A stretch of DNA of 64,000 nt from Eledone cirrhosa (GCA_964016885.1 OZ024741.1:186806001-186870000), one strand, 5' to 3'. Counted from the first letter of the stretch, positions 1-15,020 are shown. Program-made: numbers and translations. The notes: generated by a model not told the origin, from the sequence alone.

Positions 1-113
1 ATTTGTATCCCCATTTTCGGATCAATTTCCTTTCAAAGTATTTTCCCATTATGCGCCCTTTTGGCTGTATTACATTAAAGACAAGCAAGCAATCGCAGAA
101 TTTTAGTAGTATA

Positions 114-944
114 CTAGATCACCCATGACCCGTTGGGTCACGTTCACTTAAAATTAATGTTTAAATAATTAAAATATACACAGACATGTATATAATGTAA
201 AATGACATTGGAAGGTCATTCTCACTTGAGAATATTTTTTAAATATGTCAAAACATACTTTTTAAAATAATTTTAAAAAAAAGTAAAATATTGTCTGTGT
301 AAAGAAAGCTAAAATATAAATACTTACTGTACGAATAACTTGTATTTTCTAAATCACATTCACTTAAAAATATTTCTAAATAATTAAAATATTCTGTTTA
401 ACAAAAGCAAAAGTATAAACATTTACTGTAAAAACAACTTGTGTTTTTCAGGCGTACTCACTTTAAAATGTGTTTTTTTTAACAATTAAAATATCGTCTA
501 TTTACTCGTCTGTTTAAAGAAAGCTGAAAGTACAAACAACTTTTTTTTTTTTTATTATATTCACTGACAAATCACTGAAAACATTTTTTTAATGCATTTT
601 TAAAATCCTATTCACTTAAAAATATTTAATGAATAATGGAAATATTGTCTATGTCCGATTTACGCCAAATTTGTTTTATTCCGTTTGCATTCCCATTTCA
701 GGGTTATTTTACTTTTAAATTATTTTCCCATTATGCACCATTTTGGCTATTTATGAAGGTACCCGGAAAAAACCCATATCTCGTGAACCCACGGTCGGAT
801 TTAGGCGAAACTTGTTTTATTCCATTTGTATTCCCATTTCAGGGTCAACTTCCTTTGAAAGTATTTTCCCAATAGGCGCCCTTTTAGCTGTATTACATTA
901 CAGACAAGCAAGCAACCAACCACAGACTTTTCGTAATATATAGA
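114..944 (-). mobile_element. Non-autonomous Helitron-like element
   Basis: CTAG at 114-117 next to hairpin TGACCC-gtt-GGGTCA (126-140) = Helitron 3' end on the minus strand. The other end reads CAGACAAGCAAGCAACC...TAATATATAGA (TC start on minus). Internal ~145-bp duplicated unit. Bases 1-113 are the equivalent end of a preceding copy. Confidence 0.65.
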
Positions 945-1497
945 TAGATACACATATTTAATATGTAGGCATGTAAACATTCCAGAAAATAGGAATTTCC
1001 CTGTAAATTGGAAAAAAAAATGAACTTTTAGTATTATTCTGAAATAGACGTACTAATTTGCATATAATTAACCATCGTGTTAGTAGTTAATTAAGACATA
1101 TATTAAGAAGTGCGCTATCAGCCGAAGTGTACGATAAAGTTATATCCGTAAATATATAGATAACCAAAATTGCACCCGTGTGTATATAAATATACACACA
1201 TTTAACAGATATATTAACATATATATAAGCATGTAATATATAGGCATCAGAAGGCGTGTATATCTTTCACACAGCCACAAGGAAACACATATTAGATGGG
1301 CTTATATACCCATTAGCTATTAGTATTATTAAGAAACGGACGTACTAATTAGCATATAATTATCGCTCGTGTTGGTAGCTAATTAAGATAGCATATTAAG
1401 AAGTGTACGATAACGTTTTACCTTTTTACCTTTTTACCCGAAATACATGCACACATATTCATACATGCACACATATTCATACATGCACAAACGCACA

Positions 1498-1586
<89 letters not shown>

Positions 1587-1668
1587 ACACACATATATAT
1601 ATATATATATCTTGATGATTTCCTTCGAATGAAACACTTCCAGAGTCCCGTAGAAGCCATTTCTATAT

Positions 1669-1734
<66 letters not shown>

Positions 1735-2338
1735 GTTAAACAAGGTTCAATGAATAAATCAAAGAATGAGTTTTACAATAGATTGGAAGCACTCAACAGT
1801 TACTTATGGTTAATATTAATATATATATATATATATGTGTCTCAATCAATTTCTAGTTGATATAAAATGCTCGGATCTTTTCATTGGAATCTTTGAGCTT
1901 ATTCTACAGTGGATATGGTGAATGCCTCTCGGACATCACACCCGTAATTTAATTTTGGATATATATACGGCCCCTTTAATATAGAGCTAACTCAGTTGAA
2001 AGGACTCGGCTGCTATTTCTAGCTGTCGATAATCCTATTCATGCCACTGGGATGACGCTGGTACGATGTGTTTATTTTTTTTAAATGCCACACGTGCTAC
2101 AGATCATTCGCAGATTTGCATTTGCTGTGTTAAATCTTCTCCCTTGTTGAAAATCCGGGATTTGATTACTGTGATTTACCGATTAATGGTGAAATATATA
2201 CAGGGAAGATTAATCATTTTAAAAGGTATTTGAAGTTCTAGTTAAAATTTAATTAGTTACATACCTAGCTGTGTGTCCCCTGTGTTTGTTTCACGTGTTT
2301 ATTTTAGATATATATATATGTGTCAATCAATTTCTAGT

Positions 2339-2407
<69 letters not shown>

Positions 2408-2639
2408 TATCCGACATCTTGTCTCACACTCCATGAAAATACCGTAGGAACATACACACGAACAAACACTTACATTATTTTCGAACCACGCCACCTACAT
2501 CCTCACCACATATAAACACAAATACACACGTGCGTATCCCCACATACACACACTCAGCCACAGGACTCCACAACCCCTCTCTTCCCCACCCCTATGACCC
2601 CTCTCCATCCACACGCACGCACACACCGACTTACACCCC

Positions 2640-3110
2640 ACCCCATGTACACACTGGTTCCCCTTTACCTGAACATGGAACCTCGTTCTTCCCCCAACTC
2701 TCACATTCACATCCACACACACACACAAACGCACGTACACCTACACACATACACAAACACCACCTTCAGCCCCCCCCCCTCTCCCCTCTCTACCCCCTCC
2801 ACCCACCACCACCCCTACACGCCTAACACCCTTTCATCACTTGTTTATTTTTATCTTTATTTTTATTTAATTTTTTTTTAATTTCCTTTACTCTCTAAAA
2901 AAAAATTACCCCCCCCTTTTTTTAAATGTCTTTCCATCACTCCCCCACATACCCTTGGAACTCTCTGCCTACCCACTTTTCACCTGAGGAAGGGCTTATG
3001 TCCGAAACGTCATCCCCCCTCCCCACACTCTCAAGCGTTAAACTAATACTAATAACATTTGTACTGCCTCTTCGTTTTTCTGTTTTTTGTTCTCTGTTTA
3101 TTTATTAAAC
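2640..3110 (+). mobile_element. Degenerate 3' end of a Penelope-like element
   Basis: TLVPLYLNME resembles the GIY-YIG C-terminal TLxPxGLN motif; followed by a minimal hammerhead at 2984 and a (TA)n junction. Confidence 0.5.
2984..3011 (+). ncRNA. Minimal type-I hammerhead ribozyme (PLE type)
   Basis: CTGAGGA-a-GGGC-ttat-GTCC-GAAAC-GTC: complete core, 4-bp stem II, palindromic ACGT stem III, GUC site; stem I weak. Confidence 0.75.
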
Positions 3111-3369
3111 TATATATATATATTTCCTGAGTCAGTTTTCTCGTTGCTTTGGTCCCAACGGCTGGCTTACTGATCGCTATCTTCAATTTGCAAAGCTGTC
3201 TAAACGTAATGTCATCACTCTAATGTAAAATACCTTATTGAGTGCTTAGCAGCACATTCCGATTGCATTCGTTAGCTTAGCTGCAGCCAGAGCTTCGATT
3301 ATGCTGTACTTCCATTTGTATATATATATCGAGCCCTCTTTGGATTTTAGTCTTCAAATTTATTATTAT

Positions 3370-3434
<65 letters not shown>

Positions 3435-3437
<3 letters not shown>

Positions 3438-3736
3438 TCTGAATTTGTTTAGCAAGATTCTTTAACAGAAAACGTATGTTGAAACCGATATTTTTTATAC
3501 TTTGGGAAGGTCATGTTACCAATAAGAAACACACGCACTAGATGATTTCACTCCAATTTATAAATTTAAAAAATATTTCCCCCCAAAAAATTAAATTAAA
3601 AATTAAATTAAAAATTAAATTTTAAAAAAATATATATTTTTTCGTTTTTTTTTGTTTTTTTATTTATAATAAATTGGAGTGAAACCAACTGGTGCGGGTG
3701 TTTCTTATTGGCAACATGACCCTCCCAAAGTATAAA
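3435..3736. mobile_element. Fold-back remnant of two inverted Penelope pseudo-LTR tails in (TA)n
   Basis: 3497-3562 and 3668-3735 are inverted copies of each other, and both match the pLTR tail of the PLE at 48431-48560 / 51015-51089. Confidence 0.8.
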
Positions 3737-3806
3737 TATATATATATATATATATATATAGTGACGAAACATAAGTCAATTGCATGACCTCATAATCCTA
3801 TATTTA

Positions 3807-3860
3807 CTGCTATATATATTTCGATAATAGCCATTCAGTGGCTATGACCTCATCAAGCAG
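3807..3860 (-). ncRNA. Hammerhead ribozyme, one core mismatch
   Basis: Minus: ctgc-TTGATGA-ggtc-ATAGCCA ctgaa TGGCTAT-tatc-GAAA-tatataTA-gcag. Confidence 0.6.
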
Positions 3861-3907
3861 TTATGCCAGCTCTGTGTTAATGGTGTTGAGCCTTGGGACA
3901 GAGCCTC

Positions 3908-3948
<41 letters not shown>

Positions 3949-4081
3949 GCAGAGGTTATATTTAATTTGTTGGGATTCAACTAGCTTAAAAATTTGATAA
4001 CTTTTATAAAGCACTCGACAGCTTAGTGGAGTAAATATTCAATATATTAATAAATGGAAGCTATATTTATAAAACCATAAT

Positions 4082-4147
4082 TATTTTATTATATATATTT
4101 GAAGGGCAACCAAGGCAAATTATGGTGCGCTTTCATCGGATAAAATA
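4082..4147 (-). ncRNA. Hammerhead ribozyme family A (core mutated to CCGATGA)
   Basis: Paralog of 5432-5497, inside a direct duplication 4050-4205 / 5400-5555. Confidence 0.55.
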
Positions 4148-4226
4148 CAAATTTGTTTTATAAATAAATATTGACGTACCCGCATAAAGACAACATTAAC
4201 GGTTGTACATATATATATATATAACG

Positions 4227-6210
<1,984 letters not shown>

Positions 6211-6480
6211 AAAATGGCGTGCTGCGTTGTTGCGAATTTGAAACTATGAATAAAAATAGACCAAGAAACAAGAATGTCCTTCATCAGTAGTCTGCTGATT
6301 ATCATTGCTATCTCTTCGCATTAAAGACTAGATAAGTGCGAGCGATAACTAAATTAAGTTATCGGGACAGAGAAAAACAGAGGAAAGGAAATAAACAACA
6401 CGGTAGTAATGCAATGTAAAGAGGGGAGAAGAGAGACAAGTCAATGAATCTTGTGGGCATAAGTCCGACATGTATGTATC

Positions 6481-6605
<125 letters not shown>

Positions 6606-6639
6606 TTATACATAGATATGTATATATATATATATATAA

Positions 6640-6679
<40 letters not shown>

Positions 6680-6722
6680 TTATACATAGATATGTATATA
6701 TATGTATATATAAATATATATA

Positions 6723-6765
<43 letters not shown>

Positions 6766-7175
6766 GCGTGTGTATGTATTTATATATATATATAAAGACG
6801 CACACAAACGAATACACCAATAAAAATATCTGTATATTTGTGTGCGAGTTTATGTGTGTATTTCTGTAGGACAACTGCGCATTATTCCCGCCAGTCTATC
6901 ATGCCTTGTCTCTATTTGTTTTGTAAACATAACACCATTTATACCTCTCTTATAAGTACGTGTACTGCGCTACTTTAAACTGCTGCGATGAGCTAGAATA
7001 ATGAGAGCAAGCCTATCCTATAAGAAATATCACCAAAGTGTATATTTCTCTATGTATGTATGGATGTATATGCATGTGTATGTGTGTGTTTATGTGTGAA
7101 TATGCATATGTGTATATATCTATCTTTCTATCTCACCATATATAAACATAGACGTATATTTGTATGTATGTATGA

Positions 7176-7257
<82 letters not shown>

Positions 7258-7563
7258 ATTTATGTATATATGTATATATATCGTTTTCTCATTACTTTAG
7301 GGCTAATTACGCCAGTTATTTTTCGGCTAGAGATAAGGTATACAATTGAAGGTCGACAACGGTAGCTCTATATACTGAGAAATATAATCAACAAGATAAA
7401 TATGTTTTGTAAAATGATACTTCACTGAATAGGTAGTTTTGTTACACTAAGTCCCCAGTTCGAATTCCGTACCGCACCTGCTTAATGTTTAACATAATCA
7501 AACCCCTCTGGTGGGTACAGAATGTTATTTGTCTTTGCATATAGCGTTAAATAACAACACACG

Positions 7564-7652
<89 letters not shown>

Positions 7653-7793
7653 CTTAACGGATCTTTTCAGTTTTAACGTTATCCCAATTACCATATTTCC
7701 CCTGAGTTTTGAAAAATTATATTCACTATCCTCACTGAACTTATAACATGAAGTTCACATGAAGATATGTCACTATTTTAACACCAATTATTA

Positions 7794-7854
7794 TATTTTA
7801 TCTGACGAAAGCGTACTTAAATATTATTGCCCTTGAAATACGTATAATAAAATA
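7794..7854 (+). ncRNA. Type-I hammerhead ribozyme family A
   Basis: TATTTTAT-CTGACGA-aagcg...cctt-GAA-ATACGTAT-A-ATAAAATA: perfect 8-bp stem I, palindromic stem III, AUA site. Confidence 0.8.
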
Positions 7855-7979
7855 AATGTGATTTTATAAATATATTTTCCATTTACTAATATTATTGATA
7901 TTAATGATATTCTGGATAAACTCGTTGAGTGCTTCTAATCGGTTGTGAAATTAACTAAAATCAACAAACCAATGAACTC

Positions 7980-8010
<31 letters not shown>

Positions 8011-8014
<4 letters not shown>

Positions 8015-8061
8015 AAATTAAATTAAATTGTTTAGAACTAGAAGTAAAGTCATTCTTTTCT

Positions 8062-8148
<87 letters not shown>

Positions 8149-8205
8149 TAAAAAAGAAAAGAATGACTTTACTTCTAGTTCTAAACAATTTAATTTAATT
8201 TTATA
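8011..8205. repeat. ~60-bp inverted repeat around a (TA)n tract
   Basis: 8011-8072 is the reverse complement of 8145-8205. Confidence 0.85.
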
Positions 8206-8249
8206 GTATTATGATTTTGCAATTTGGTTTTGTAGATCTAGTTAGTTCT

Positions 8250-9000
8250 TTGTTTAACGTCGGTGGGGAGATTTTTAAAAATTCCTGGTTAACTTTCCTG
8301 GAGAACCTTCTCACATTCGTCTTGCATTGTTGTGCAAAATCAGAAGACCACGGCTCAGCTTTCAAAGCAGTTCATCCAACAGAGACATGCAATATTTTGC
8401 TTTGATGGTGCAACGCTTCGACAGGTATTTTATGAGGATTACTCTGTCATTGTTCTAGAACACTGAAACCAGAATCTTTCGAGCTGACTTCCGAGTCTGA
8501 AAATTCTTGGGGCACGGTGAACTTTTGTGCCGCCACTCCATTGATTATTGCTTGGTCTGAGGACCATAATGATGGAGCCAAGTTTCATCTATTGTGACTA
8601 AACGAGCCATAAAATCAGCCTCTCCCGCTGTAAACCGGTTCAAAATCACCTATAATGTCGTCACTCTAACGCGCTACTGATCTGCGTTCGGGCATTTCGG
8701 CAGCTATTATGCGGAAAAATTTCTCATGTCCCTTCGCGGGAAATCCTGGCTATAACTTTAGCTGAAATCCGGTGATCCTCGGGAATTATGATGTGCACAG
8801 CGTCGGCGTTGTCCACTGTGGTCACGATGTTCATCTGTGACCTCGAAATGTCCAGTCAGAAACCTTGACACCCAGAGTTTTAGTGGGATAAGACGTACAG
8901 TCATCCTTCAAAAATATCCTTCATTTCGCCATGGATTTCCACCGCTCCTTTGCATTGCAAGAAGAGGAACTTCATGACCATCCATGCTTCAATTTTAACA
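8250..9000 (-). pseudogene. Degenerate mariner transposase
   Basis: Manual minus-strand translation gives [22 protein letters not shown] (HTH region) and FMARLVTIDETWLHHYGPQTKQ*SMEWRHKSSPCPK (first catalytic D motif); many stops and frameshifts. Confidence 0.85.
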
Positions 9001-9177
9001 AAATCCACCGTAAGAGCTGCCATCATGCATTAAATGTAAAAAATAAGGAGAAAGATATTGTATACTATCTTGTTTTTACATATCTTCCTCTACATTGTTG
9101 TCCTTCCTCCTGTGTAAAAGTAACAGCTCTACCCTTTCACGATAACCTTAAAGCCTGGAACTTTTCAGCACCGTTCG

Positions 9178-9227
<50 letters not shown>

Positions 9228-9244
9228 AGTGTGTGTGTGTGTGT

Positions 9245-9287
<43 letters not shown>

Positions 9288-10111
9288 TGTCTGTCTGTCT
9301 GTCTGTGTCTGTGTGTGTGTGTGTGTGTCAGATTTAATTGGGGTTAACGACATTAAGTAAGGTTCTTCATACATAGTAGAGCATATAGAATATTTAATAT
9401 AGAAATAGCATCTACAAGACTAGAACTGTTTCATTCGAAGGAAAATATATATTGTTGTAAAAACTTGATGAAACATATCCAAAGTGTCAGAGCACTCAGT
9501 CCGTGGGATGAGTTATGATCTAATATAAAATTAAACTATTACGTTTGCATTACGCGAATACGCTTGTTTCGTTATCGTGTTAAGTAACGCCCATTTGCTT
9601 AATTATTTAGCATCTCGTCTTTGTGCGGCGCTTGAAAGTGGTGCAGTTTATCAAACTACTATGAATCTTTTGTTACTCAGAGTTCGCACGACTCTCGCGC
9701 CATACATTCTTTGAAAGCCTTATCCAGCTGACCTAATTCTGCTCATTCCATCAAGCATGACAAGAACTTCTACAGATATGTTTTCTTTTTCCTAACACTC
9801 ATGTTTCATTTGAAGTAAACCAGTGGTGGTGGTTTTTCTCTGCATAACCTAAAGTCGTGACCACTGCCTCATAAAGCTGTTTGCTGAAAGACATGAATCA
9901 TCTTTAATAGTGACTTCAATTTGCTGAACTGCTTCTTCAATATTCTTTCGCTTTTTTCCTGACGGGACAATTGTGAGACGTTTATATGTTTCTGCTATTT
10001 GACACCACCATGATTCGACTCCTGAAAGATCATGGAGAGTTTCTCTACCTCTCTCATACAATAGATAAATCTGACATCCCGTAAATCGTTCCTTTTTACA
10101 GTCACATATTC

Positions 10112-10260
10112 AATAATTGTTTCTACTTTTGGCACAAGGCCAGCAATTATTCCAGTACATTACTGGTACTTTATTTTAGCGACCCCCGAAAGGCAAAGTT
10201 AACCTCGACGGGATTTGAACTCAGATCATAAAGGGCCGTAAATCTATGCTGCCAATCGAC
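10112..10260 (-). mobile_element. tRNA-derived SINE with Meta-like domain (family S1)
   Basis: B-box GAGTTCAAATCCC, then GAGGTTAACTTTGCCTTTC...TAAAATAAAGTACCAG and an AGAAACAATTATT tail; >10 copies in the window. Confidence 0.75.
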
Positions 10261-11270
10261 CGCATGGCAATGTCGTGAACTTGGGAACATCCAGGACCAT
10301 GTATACTTGTTCTTCTGTTTGAACCATGTGTTTCTCATGACAATATCAAATTCCTGGCATACCAAATCACCAAATCCTATAAAGACTATTAGCAAATGCT
10401 TACGATAATTGGTGTGTACATTCTGACCAAAGACATAAAACCATTAAAGTGGTGCGGCAACTCAAGTGTCATAATCTGATCGGAGATACCGTGTAGAACC
10501 TCTGTCAAATGTTGCACCAGGGAGGTTCTTAGAGTAAATCCGACTCTAACTTCACGGACCTCATTTTCTGGCCGACATTTGTAAAATGAGGTGTATTTCT
10601 GAGTCTGGTTCCTCCAATTGGCCATATCTCAGGTAGCCGTGTTTCAGAGACAGCAATAATGTCCAGTTATCCGATGGAACTCTTTATAGATAAGAGCAGT
10701 TTGGCGTTCAGGATGATTTGAGCCTGGAAAATTCAAAATCGCACGCACTTTCCATGATATGGACACAAATCGACTAATATCCCATGTCACCATTGTGTGG
10801 GTTTGCTACTATATATTTCCAGATTGTTAGGCCTGCACACATCATAGCTCTCTCCATCACCACGTATCATTTTAATGAAATTTTGTCTGTTATATGTTCA
10901 GGGTCTAAGAGGTTCTTGTGCGAAAATTTGATTATAGTGGCGAAGCTTGCGCAGAACCACGCTCACACTTCAGAGAAAAACAGCAGGAAAAGCGGATGAC
11001 CGAACATAGCTTGGGGCGACCAGCAACTGATTCATCTTTGGGCTGTCTCTCAGATTTTCTCTCTCTAGTAAACATTTGCGTTACGTTTGACTCTTATATG
11101 TTCCTCCGTTCTTTGACGGGTCTTGATTTTTTTTCCCGCAGAAGGAGCAAAAAATCCTACTTCTCAACCAGCAAACTTGATGGGATTATCTATTTAGTCG
11201 CCGACGACCCAGCTATGGAGCAATATGTACTGGGTTACATGTTATCAGTAGCGATAGAGGGTGACCTGAC
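10255..11270 (-). mobile_element. RTE LINE 5' fragment (5'UTR + degenerate APE endonuclease)
   Basis: SWKVRAIL..PERQTALI and VGFTLRTSLV..GISDQIMTLELP motifs; 11130-11270 matches the 5' end of the RTE-derived short element. Confidence 0.75.
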
Positions 11271-11289
11271 ATGAATGCATAGATGCAAA

Positions 11290-11898
11290 CATGGTGGCTG
11301 CCAACTCGTTTTCGAGTATGGCCACTACTTTATATCCATGTAGAGAACTCCTACCGATGCGCTGAACGAGTGTGACTTCTTAGTCCAGCCAGCGCCTTGA
11401 AAACTCTGGTACAAACACTACACTTGTGACAATTATTGACACATAGTGCTGGGCCCATGGTACCATGTGACGACAAGTGCAGAGAGATCTATAGATATAA
11501 AGCAATGCCTGTGCCGTGAAGCTTTTATAGTGAGCAAAGGCACTGCACAAAGCCAGTCCCACTCTCTTAACCAAGATGATATTCACCAAAAAGAAGAACA
11601 AGTCAACATCTTGGATACCATCAGGGTTGCAGGTGTTATATCAGAGTTTTCTTTCTCCTAGAATTCTGCCTTGACGAAGGCTAAGGGGTCATCTCTCCCG
11701 GTGATTTTGGATGGCCATTGACTCTTAAGAGCTCCTTTGCCCTTTGACAGGTTTTGTCTTTATTCCTGCAGGATGTCCAAAGTCACCCTCCTCACCAAGA
11801 AACCTTGGTGGCGTTGCCAGTTTAGTCGCCAACGACCCGACCATGAGTCAGGTTGTACTGGGATACATGTTACCAGTAGCACCAACTGGTGACCTGAC
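11290..11898 (-). mobile_element. Bipartite non-autonomous RTE derivative, full-length copy
   Basis: RTE 5'UTR motif (CTAGGAGAAGGAAAACTCTGA in most copies, one mismatch here) joined to a 3' end encoding a C2H2-finger remnant; most copies end in a (TATG)n tail. Confidence 0.8.
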
Positions 11899-11939
11899 AT
11901 ACATACCTGACATACATACATGCATATATACATACATAT

Positions 11940-12118
11940 ATTACAGCTTCCGATTTATGCCTGTGATTATTGGGGCACTGGGATATGTTAGTAACTCCCT
12001 CAATACAAATCTTGAGAAGCTAGGCTTCACAGGAACAGAAAGAACACAGCTAGTTAGGAAACTACAAGTACAATCCATTAATGGAACAGTAAAAATATGT
12101 AAAACATTCCATGTATGC
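11940..12118 (+). mobile_element. 3' ORF fragment of the R4-like LINE
   Basis: FRFMPVIIGALGYVSN..LEKLGFT, near-identical to 14115-14290. Confidence 0.85.
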
Positions 12119-12197
12119 AAACATACATACATACATACATACATACATACATACATACATACATACATACATACATACATACATACATACATACATA

Positions 12198-12531
12198 CAT
12201 GGTGGCTGCCAACTCGTTTTCGAGTACAGCCACTACTTTATATCCATTTAGGAGAACTCCTACCGATGCGCTGAACGAGTGTGGGGCCCATGGTACCATG
12301 TGACGACAAGTGCAGAGAGATCTCCAGATATAAAGCAATGCCTGTGCCGTGAAGCTTTTATAGTGAGCAAAGGCACTGCACAAAGCCAGTCCCACTCTCT
12401 TAACCAAGATGATATTTACCAAAAAGAAGTACATGTCAACATGATTGGATACCATCAGGGTTGCAGGTGTTATATCAGTTTTCCTTCTCCTAGAATTCTG
12501 CCTTGACAAAGGCTAAGGGGTCATCTCTCCC
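12198..12531 (-). mobile_element. RTE derivative, truncated and internally deleted copy
   Basis: Matches 11290-11700 with a ~70-bp deletion. Confidence 0.8.
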
Positions 12532-12549
12532 TACATACATACATAAATA

Positions 12550-14530
12550 AAGTTAAAGACAGAGAAGGAGGACTCTATTTTCACGGATAAAAGAAAATAT
12601 CGCAGGGTATATTTCATAGAGACAGCCTCTCTGTGATATTATTCATCCTGTCATTAAACCCCTTGTCCTTTCTGCTCAAGAAATGTGAAGGATACATCAT
12701 TGGCTCACAGGAGGACAGCAATACGAACCTAACCCATAATTTCTTTGTGAATGATCTGAAACGCTATGCTAAGAACATGGATCGGATGAAGAAAAATATT
12801 GACCTGGTTACAACATTCTCAAAGGATATAGGAATGGAGTTTGGCCAAGATAAATGCTCATATATGACTGTAAAGCGGGGAAAAACAACAAACAATCTAG
12901 CAACAGTTGTATCAATGGCCTAACTGTTTCACCAATAGCTGATGAGGACTGCTACAGATACCTGGGGATAGATGAGAACATATCCTATAATGGTATCTGT
13001 AATAAGGAACGTGTAACCAGGGAATACTACACCCGATTAAGAAATATTTGGTCATCGGAACTCTCTGCGCAAAACAAAACAGTGGCTCACAATGTGTTTG
13101 CTGTGCCTGTCCTAACACCAACGTTTGGAATACTCAATTGGACGATAGACGAAATCCGAGCAATTGATGTTAGGACTCAAAAAATACTAAACAACACCGG
13201 AAACTTCCACATCAACAGTGACATAGACTGCCTTTACTTGAATCGTAAGCAGGGAGGCAGAGGCCTAACATCAGTCCAGACAACATTTAAATGTCGCATC
13301 ATATCTCTCCGACAACATCTACGAACCTCGAAGCGTAGGAGCCCGTCTCTCGAGCAATTCTATCTGCATGAAACAGATAAGATCATGAGAGTTGGGAAGC
13401 AACTCCTCGAGAGATATTCCCTGTGTAATAATCAAATGTCACGCCCAGGGAAGTCGCTCAGCAGTCAATCCATGGATGAAAAACTGCATGCTTTTCAGCA
13501 AAAAATCATGCATGGATATGTTGCCAGGGAGCTCCAGAGTGAGAGTAATATAGATAAAGAAAGTAGTCAATCTTGGACCAACAACCGCTATATTGGCTCC
13601 CACTTTGAAGGATACGCTTTTGCAATCCAAGAATAGGAGATTAACAGGAAATACCTGATTCACAAAAGAGATAGAGATGCAGGCAAAATACCTAGATGTG
13701 ATAACAAGTGCAGACTCTCCAGAATTAACATCTAGATGTCACTCATGTTATAAGCAGCTGTCCAAAGATGTCATCGCGGTACTATCTACCTATGAGGCAT
13801 GATGTAGTGGCCAAAACACTGTACAATGCAATTCGTAGAAAAGATAGCCCCGATAATAAACACATTAAAAGCTACAGCAATGTGGAAGACATACATATAC
13901 ATAATATGAAAGAGTACTGGTGGAATGTTCCAGTAAAAACCCCAATAAAATGCAGGCATAACAGACCAGATATTATGATATGGGACAGAGAAAAGAAGGC
14001 ATGCACAGTAGTGGAAGTTAGCTGCCCAGCAGATGCCAATATAATATCAAAGATTAGCGAAAAGGAGAATATTTATGCAGAACTGATGAGAAATCTGCAG
14101 ATACTCCACCCTGATTACACCTTCAGATTTATGCCTGTGATTATTGGGGCTCTGGGATATGTTAGTAACTGCCTCAATACAAATCTTGAGAAGCTAGGCT
14201 TCACAAGAACAGAAAGAACACAACTAGTTAGGAAATTACAAGTACAATATATTAATAGAACAGTAAAAATATGTAAAACATTCCAAAATCTTTGCATCTA
14301 ATAAGTGCATATACACTTGTACAGATACTAAGCATATACACCTGCACACATACAACTCAAAACATCCACATCCACACATACAATAACATCTATATCTACA
14401 CATGCATGCATGCAGACATGCATACATATCTACCTAGTTGATGATGTGTAAATTCCAATGAGAGAGTCTTGTGTCTATGTTAGAAACCAACTCTCTCTCT
14501 ATTTGCAAAAATGTGTGAAATTATAAAACA
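12550..14530 (+). mobile_element. 5'-truncated R4/Dong-like non-LTR retrotransposon (RT + RLE endonuclease), disrupted
   Basis: SLSVILF..LNPLS, FFVNDLK (YxDD position), DIGMEFGQDKC, YRYLGI, GGRGL, HVISSC..RHD, RPDI..VEVSCP..K..Y in ORFs 12633-12923, 12854-13636 and 13768-14301. Confidence 0.88.
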
Positions 14531-14879
14531 TACATGCATGCATGCATAAATGGACACACATATATACTTGTTTACGCGTGTCAAAGATTTGTAGCACTCG
14601 ATAGACTCAACTACTGGGAAAAAGAAGGTACATAGTATACATCATTTGTAACCTAGAGTTTCATGTCTCCGAAAGCATGCATTGGACGCTTTAATTTAGT
14701 TAACAATTATTTTTACTGAGTAAATAAAAGGGGCCCCATGAAGGTCTTTCGAGATATAAATCTTAAACTTACCCATGTTGTATAATGTGTTGTTGGTATT
14801 GCTTTATATAAACATAGACATCCACACAGCCACAGGCACACACACCCACGCACACACGCACGCGCGCACACACACACAT

Positions 14880-14912
<33 letters not shown>

Positions 14913-15020
14913 CACATATATATATATATACAGAGATATATATATATATATATATATGTGTGAATGTAATATATATATATATATATGTGTGTGTGTATGT
15001 GTATGTAGTATATATATATA

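Noticed and set aside
9849-10061. 70-aa minus-strand ORF of normal composition
   Set aside because: No motif I can recognise and no clear splice signals.
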